Shown here: positions 59,250-64,000 of the stretch, in pieces
Numbering within the stretch: position 1 is the first letter of the stretch
How the letters are laid out: every line of letters begins with the position of its first letter
DNA from: an uncultured Actinomycetota bacterium
GTDB taxonomy: Bacteria; Actinomycetota; Actinomycetes; JAFAQI01
Reading direction: 5' to 3'
Assembly (NCBI GenBank): GCA_963770565.1
Contig: CAVYQE010000011.1
Location: forward strand, 224,001-288,000
Length of the DNA stretch: 64,000 nt
Translations under genes and position numbers: made by a program
The notes under the pieces: generated by a model
Database searches by the model: none
Seen by the model: only the letters and a program-made list of their open reading frames with translations
What the model was told of the DNA's origin: nothing

Positions 59250-60386
59250 ATGCGGATTGTCGTGCTCGGCGCGGGCTTCGGCGGCCTCGAGTTGACCACG
59301 CTGTTGTCGGAGGAGTTCGGCGACGAACTCGACCTGGTCCTCATCGACAAAGCCGAAGGCTTTGTGTTCGGCTTTGCCAAGCTCGACGTCATGTTCGGTC
59401 GCGCGACCGCGGACGACGTGCTCCACCATTACGCCGAGATCGTCAAGCCCGGGGTCAGGTTCGTGCGGTCGACGGTCCGTTCGTTCGACCCGGTGGCGAA
59501 GCGGGTGAGCACAGACGTCGGCGACTTCGAGGCGGACATCCTGGTGGTCGCGCTCGGTGCCGACCTCGATCCCGCGGGCACCCCGGGGCTGGTCGAGGCC
59601 GGCCACGAGTTCTACACCGTCGCGGGCGCCTTTGCGCTGCGGAGCGTGCTCGAGGAGTTCGAGGGCGGGAGGGTCGTCGTCGGGGTCACCTCGACACCCT
59701 TCAAGTGCCCGCCGGCACCGAGCGAGACCGCACTGCTGATGCACGACCTGCTGGACCGGCGGGGGCTGCTCGAGTCGTCGACGGTGTCCCTGGTGATGCC
59801 GATGGGGGTGCCGATCCCGCCGTCGCCGGCCGCGTCGGCGGCACTGCTCGATGCGTTCGCCGAGCGCGGCATCGAGTGGCACCCGGGCAAGCTGATCACC
59901 GGGCTCGATCCTCGGCGCAAGGTGGCGCAGTTCGCCGACGGCGGCGAGATTGCCTTCGATTTGTTCCTCGGCGTACCCGTGCATCGGGCGCCCGCCGTGG
60001 TCCTCGAGTCGGGGATGGCCGCCGACGGCTGGATCCAGGTCAACCCGCTCACTCTCGAGACGGCGTTTCCGGACGTCTACGCGGTCGGCGACGTCACCAG
60101 CATCGGCACCCCGAAAGCCGGGGTCTTCGCCGAGGGGCAGGCGATCGTCGCCGCGGCCGGCATCGCGGCCCGATTGCGCGGCGCCGGCCCGGCTGAGGCG
60201 ACGTACGACGGTCGGGGCCTGTGCTACCTCGAGTTCGGCCGCGATGCGGTGGCGAAGGTGGATGTCATGTTCCGCAGCGGCGAGGCGCCGGTCGGCAGCC
60301 TGGAAGGGCCCTCGGCGGAGCTGGTCGGCGACAAGGTGCGCTTCGGAGCCAGTCGCCGCAGCCGATGGTTCGGCGACCAGGGCTGA
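59250..60386 (+). CDS. Sulfide:quinone oxidoreductase/FCSD-like flavoprotein
   Basis: VLGAGFGG, FKCP.AP.E, VYA.GD, PKAG.FA, G.CY.E.G. Confidence 0.82.
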   Translation: MRIVVLGAGFGGLELTTLLSEEFGDELDLVLIDKAEGFVFGFAKLDVMFGRATADDVLHHYAEIVKPGVRFVRSTVRSFDPVAKRVSTDVGDFEADILVVALGADLDPAGTPGLVEAGHEFYTVAGAFALRSVLEEFEGGRVVVGVTSTPFKCPPAPSETALLMHDLLDRRGLLESSTVSLVMPMGVPIPPSPAASAALLDAFAERGIEWHPGKLITGLDPRRKVAQFADGGEIAFDLFLGVPVHRAPAVVLESGMAADGWIQVNPLTLETAFPDVYAVGDVTSIGTPKAGVFAEGQAIVAAAGIAARLRGAGPAEATYDGRGLCYLEFGRDAVAKVDVMFRSGEAPVGSLEGPSAELVGDKVRFGASRRSRWFGDQG

Positions 60387-60500
60387 CCGGGCGCACGCTC
60401 AACGAGAGTGATCAGCGGCCTGATTGCCCCCAAATGGGTGATTGTCCCGTCCTCCGATCGGCCGATAGAAGGAGCAGTGCGGTGGGTACGAACCATCGCA

Positions 60501-61508
60501 ATGGCTGAGGTGAGGCACGTGGCAAGGCGGCTGGTTCGGCGTTGGGCGCTCGGGTGCGTCGTGGCCGCCACCAGCACAGCCCTCGTCGGCTTCACCGGAT
60601 TCGCGGCCCCGGCTGCCGCCAACGGGTCGATGGCGCAAGGCGCCGCAGCGGGTGCGGCTGTGCGGCAGCCGGTCCGGGTCATGACCTACAACATCCTCGA
60701 GCTCAGCGCGGACGGTCGACGCGAGGGCACCGGGACGGTTGCCCCGTGGTCGCAGCGCAAGCGTGGCGCGGTCGCCCTCATCAAGCAGGCGAACCCCGAC
60801 GTCGTGGCGATCCAGGAGGGCTCGGACTGGGTCGGCCGGCCGCGGGGAGCCCGCCAGATCGACTCGCTGCGGGCCGCGCTCGGCGGTGTCTACGCCCTGA
60901 GCCACACCGAGATCTCGCCGAGCCAGCCACACTTCTTCCGCACCGGCGTATACATCCTCTACAAGAAGGCCGAGTACAAACCGTACGGACATGCGTGGCA
61001 CTGGGGGATCGGCAACCAGCGCTGGGCGGCGTACCAGCTGTTGGAGAACCGGCAGACCCACGCGCGCTTCCTCTTCGTGTCGACCCACTTGCTGGTCGGC
61101 GACGGCGCGGCCGACGACCGGCTCCGTGAGCGCGAGACCAAGACCCTGCTCAGCAAGGCCGGCGCCTTCGCGGCCGCTCACCACGTCCCAGTGATCTATG
61201 GCGGCGACTTCAACAGCGACCACAACGCACGCCACGCCTTCAACGGCCCGGCCATCGCGATGCGCGAGGCGAATGACACCGACACGTTCAACGCGGCGAA
61301 GATCCGCAGCCTCGGGAAGTACAACTCGGCCAACCAGTACATGCGCCGGCCGCCGAAGTTCGGCGACCACATCGACTACGTGTTCACCTCGCCGGACGTG
61401 ACAGTTCAGTCGTGGCGAATGGTCATGCGACTGCATCACGGTCACCTGGTTGGCGTAATCCCCTCCGACCACAATCCGGTCGTCGCCACCGTGCTGTTTC
61501 GCTACTAG
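60501..61508 (+). CDS. Secreted endonuclease/exonuclease/phosphatase (EEP) family protein
   Basis: Arg-rich signal peptide; VMTYNI, DVV..QE, TH, GDFNS, IDYVF, SDHNPV; start could be 60519. Confidence 0.88.
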   Translation: MAEVRHVARRLVRRWALGCVVAATSTALVGFTGFAAPAAANGSMAQGAAAGAAVRQPVRVMTYNILELSADGRREGTGTVAPWSQRKRGAVALIKQANPDVVAIQEGSDWVGRPRGARQIDSLRAALGGVYALSHTEISPSQPHFFRTGVYILYKKAEYKPYGHAWHWGIGNQRWAAYQLLENRQTHARFLFVSTHLLVGDGAADDRLRERETKTLLSKAGAFAAAHHVPVIYGGDFNSDHNARHAFNGPAIAMREANDTDTFNAAKIRSLGKYNSANQYMRRPPKFGDHIDYVFTSPDVTVQSWRMVMRLHHGHLVGVIPSDHNPVVATVLFRY

Positions 61509-61617
61509 GGACATTTGCACCGGGGCCTCCGACCCCAATCGGATTAGGCATTTTGCCAACCGGCTTGCTCCGGTTGGGCGATCGGTTTTGACGCTCCGGT
61601 GACCGATTCACACTGAT

Positions 61618-63126
61618 ATGGCAGGCAGAAAACCACGAGGGGTGGCGCTCGGTGCGGCGTCGCTAATCGGCCTTGCTTGGATCGCAGTGCCGTCGCTCGC
61701 GTCAGCAGGCACTGCGAAGGTCGAGCCGCCACACGGACTGCATGTCGTGAAGGTGTCCTCGTCGTCGTTCACGGTGGCCTCGAAGCAGTCGTCCGGCGCG
61801 AACCGCTACCGGCTGTTCGCCTCGACCAACAAACGTGACCTTTTCGTGAGCAACATCGAATCGGCGAAGCGGTCCGGTCTGTCGTCCACCCCGTTGCTCA
61901 GCTTGCGCGGCCTGCACTACACCTCGACGCCGTACTACTACCGGGTCGAGGCGATGAACGGTTCTCGCCGGCGCTTCTCGGCGGTCATCGGATCGGTCGG
62001 GCTTCGGCCGGCCACGCCGACCCACGTCTCGGTGAGCAGCAGCACCCTCGGTACGTCCCTGCACTGGCAGAGCGGTGCGGCCACCGGCTACTCGATCGTC
62101 CAGGCCACCGACCCGACGATGACGCAGAACCGCACGGTCTACACGACCACCGGGCCCGATCGGCAGTTCACGCCGTACAACCTGGTGCCGGGTACGACGT
62201 ACTACTTCCAGGTCCGTGCGCTCAACGCGAGCACGCCGTCACCGGCCACCCCGCCGGTCGAAACCACCGCGACCGCGTCCGAGCAGCCGGTCAAGGTCAT
62301 GACCTACAACGTCCTCGAGGCATTCAACGACGGCCGCAAGGAAGGCGACGGGACCGTCGCCCCGTGGTCGAAGCGGGTGGTCGCCGCGGCGAAGCTGATC
62401 CGCCAGGCCGATCCGGACGTCGTGTCGGTCCAGGAAGCGGCGGCCTGGACGGGCGCGCCGCGCGGTCCCCGCCAGATCGACTCGCTGGTGAAGCAACTCG
62501 GCGGCGAGTACACCCTGGCCGACACCGAGATCCCGCCGAGCCAGCCGCACTACTTCCGCACCGGCTGCTACATCCTCTACAAGTCCGCGGACTTCGAGGC
62601 GGTCGGCGCCGGCAACCACTGGGGCCTCGGCAACCAGCGCTGGGCGGCGTACCAGGAGTTGGAGAGCCGGACCAGCGGTGCGCGGTTCCTCATGGTTGCG
62701 CCGCACCTGGTCGTAGGCAACGGCATGAAGTTCGACAAGGAGCGCCAGGCGGAGACGCAGAGCCTGTTGAAGCAAGCCGGCGCACTCGCTGCGAAGGACT
62801 CGGTTCCGGTCGTCTACGCCGGCGATTTCAACAGCGACCCGGACAAGCGGCACACCTTCAACGCGCCCGCGCTCGCGATGCAGTCCGCGCAGATCGATGA
62901 CGCGTTCGACGTCGCCCAGTCGCGGACGAACGCGAAGTACAACAGTGCGAACGAGTACTTCCGCCGGCCTCTTGCCGACGGCTACCACATCGATTACGTG
63001 TTCGCGCCGGCCGGCGTTGCGGTGAAGTCGTGGAAACTGATCATCGACCTTCGCCACGGCAGGTTCGTCGGTGTCATCCCGTCCGACCACAACCCGGTGA
63101 TGGCAGACCTGCTCATCTCGTACTAA
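61618..63126 (+). CDS. Secreted EEP family protein with two N-terminal FN3-like domains
   Basis: Signal peptide; YYYRVEA.N and L.PGTTYYFQVRA.N FN3 motifs; MTYNV, QE, GDFNS, IDYVF, SDHNPV. Confidence 0.9.
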   Translation: MAGRKPRGVALGAASLIGLAWIAVPSLASAGTAKVEPPHGLHVVKVSSSSFTVASKQSSGANRYRLFASTNKRDLFVSNIESAKRSGLSSTPLLSLRGLHYTSTPYYYRVEAMNGSRRRFSAVIGSVGLRPATPTHVSVSSSTLGTSLHWQSGAATGYSIVQATDPTMTQNRTVYTTTGPDRQFTPYNLVPGTTYYFQVRALNASTPSPATPPVETTATASEQPVKVMTYNVLEAFNDGRKEGDGTVAPWSKRVVAAAKLIRQADPDVVSVQEAAAWTGAPRGPRQIDSLVKQLGGEYTLADTEIPPSQPHYFRTGCYILYKSADFEAVGAGNHWGLGNQRWAAYQELESRTSGARFLMVAPHLVVGNGMKFDKERQAETQSLLKQAGALAAKDSVPVVYAGDFNSDPDKRHTFNAPALAMQSAQIDDAFDVAQSRTNAKYNSANEYFRRPLADGYHIDYVFAPAGVAVKSWKLIIDLRHGRFVGVIPSDHNPVMADLLISY

Positions 63127-63165
63127 CCCGTCCGGCTCGATCCTCGCCTTAGGCTTTCCTGCTCG

Positions 63166-63255
63166 ATCCGTCGGGTGAGGACCGACGCCGGATTCACCCG
63201 GTTCCGCCGGGCGACCGAGACGCCGTTCAACCTCGTCGACGAGGTACGTCCGTAG
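63166..63255 (+). pseudogene. 3' remnant of a SAM-dependent methyltransferase (Rv2258c-like family)
   Basis: Translates IRRVRTDAGFTRFRRATETPFNLVDEVRP*, matching the recalled family C-terminus AGF..FRRA.ETPFN.V.E.RP; no upstream gene body. Confidence 0.7.
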
Positions 63256-63262
63256 GACCGTG

Positions 63263-63306
63263 GGCTGCTCGGCGCGTCAACGCAACGTGTTGGCCGCCGA
63301 GCAGCC
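63263..63306. terminator. Bidirectional terminator hairpin
   Basis: GGCTGCTCGGCG/CGCCGAGCAGCC 12-bp stem between convergent genes. Confidence 0.7.
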
Positions 63307-63312
63307 GCGCGG

Positions 63313-64000
63313 TCAGTTCGCGGCGACCGCGCGCCGAACCGCGTCGACCGACCGGCGGATGTCCTCGTCATCGGTCGTCCAGTTGCTGACCGAGATCCGG
63401 AGCACGTCGCGGCCCTGCCAGCGCGAGCCCGACATCCACACCGCGCCGTCGTCGATGAGCCACGCGGTGACGGCCCGGGTGCGCTCGTCGCTGCCGAAGC
63501 TCAGGCAGACCTGGGTGTAGACGACGTCGTTGCAAATCTCGACCCCGTCGATCTGTGCCAGCTGGTCGGCCAGCGCCTTGGCGCTGTACACCAGTCGCTC
63601 GACCAGGTCTGCGACACCGTGTCGGCCGAGTGAGCGCAATGCGGCCCAGACCGGCACCCCGCGAGCCCGCCGGGACATCTCCGGGACCCGGTCGAAGGGG
63701 TCGCCGGCTGCGTCGGCAATGAAGTAGCTCGCCTTGACGCTGAGGGCAGCGCTCAGGGGCTCCGGGTCGGCGACGACCGCGATTCCGCAGTCGTAGGGCA
63801 CGTTCAGGGTCTTGTGCGCGTCACTCGCCCACGAGTCGGCGGCAGCCAGGCCGCCGGTCAGGTTGCTCAAGGTCGGGGTGGCGGCGGCCCACAGGCCGAA
63901 CGCACCGTCGACATGGGCCCAGCCGTCGTGCCGGTGTGCGAGGTCGGCCGCCGCGCCGATGTCGTCAAAGCCGCCTGAGTGCAGGTTGCCGGCCTGAAGA
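63313..64000 (-). CDS. Group II PLP-dependent decarboxylase (aromatic-L-amino-acid decarboxylase-like), truncated by window edge
   Basis: QAGN.HSG.FD, W.HVDGAFG, DSW..DAHK.LNVPYDCG, RISVSNW.T. Confidence 0.9.
   Translation of the reverse strand, partial: LQAGNLHSGGFDDIGAAADLAHRHDGWAHVDGAFGLWAAATPTLSNLTGGLAAADSWASDAHKTLNVPYDCGIAVVADPEPLSAALSVKASYFIADAAGDPFDRVPEMSRRARGVPVWAALRSLGRHGVADLVERLVYSAKALADQLAQIDGVEICNDVVYTQVCLSFGSDERTRAVTAWLIDDGAVWMSGSRWQGRDVLRISVSNWTTDDEDIRRSVDAVRRAVAAN

Noticed and set aside
54543-60511. Shared CGCAATGGCTGA(A/G)GT at the GH3 and first EEP start codons
   Set aside because: The 14/15 match has no flanking similarity and is probably chance

Overview
High-GC actinobacterial chromosomal window. 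It carries a conserved core scaffold (orn and tRNA-His; ssb paralog, ettA, globin, HNH, ctaJ/ctaI-like, pepN, DsbA-like, rpiB, the gene order seen around M. tuberculosis Rv2478c-Rv2465c) interleaved with accessory modules. These include a sulfate ABC operon with a Cys-free Rrf2 regulator, a BlaI/M56 pair, a LIV-type ABC transporter with acyl-CoA catabolic genes, a YtrA/ABC exporter, an IdeR-boxed ferric ABC transporter, a GH3 Tat-lipoprotein, an ArsR-SRPBCC fusion, a cupin, an SQR-like flavoprotein and a tandem pair of secreted EEP phosphodiesterases. Two tRNAs are present (His-GUG, Arg-UCU). I saw no transposase, integrase, CRISPR array or rRNA. The most notable observations are the secreted EEP/FN3-EEP duplication beside a methyltransferase remnant, a polyglycine (ALK/LTK-like) protein paired with a phage-RBP-like secreted protein at the tRNA-Arg 3' end, a His-less CtaG paralog, roughly 62-bp inverted-repeat elements with a fixed 29-nt spacer, several clear operators and widespread leaderless starts. 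All family calls come from motifs recognised by eye and no database search was run. No finding is established as a new system.
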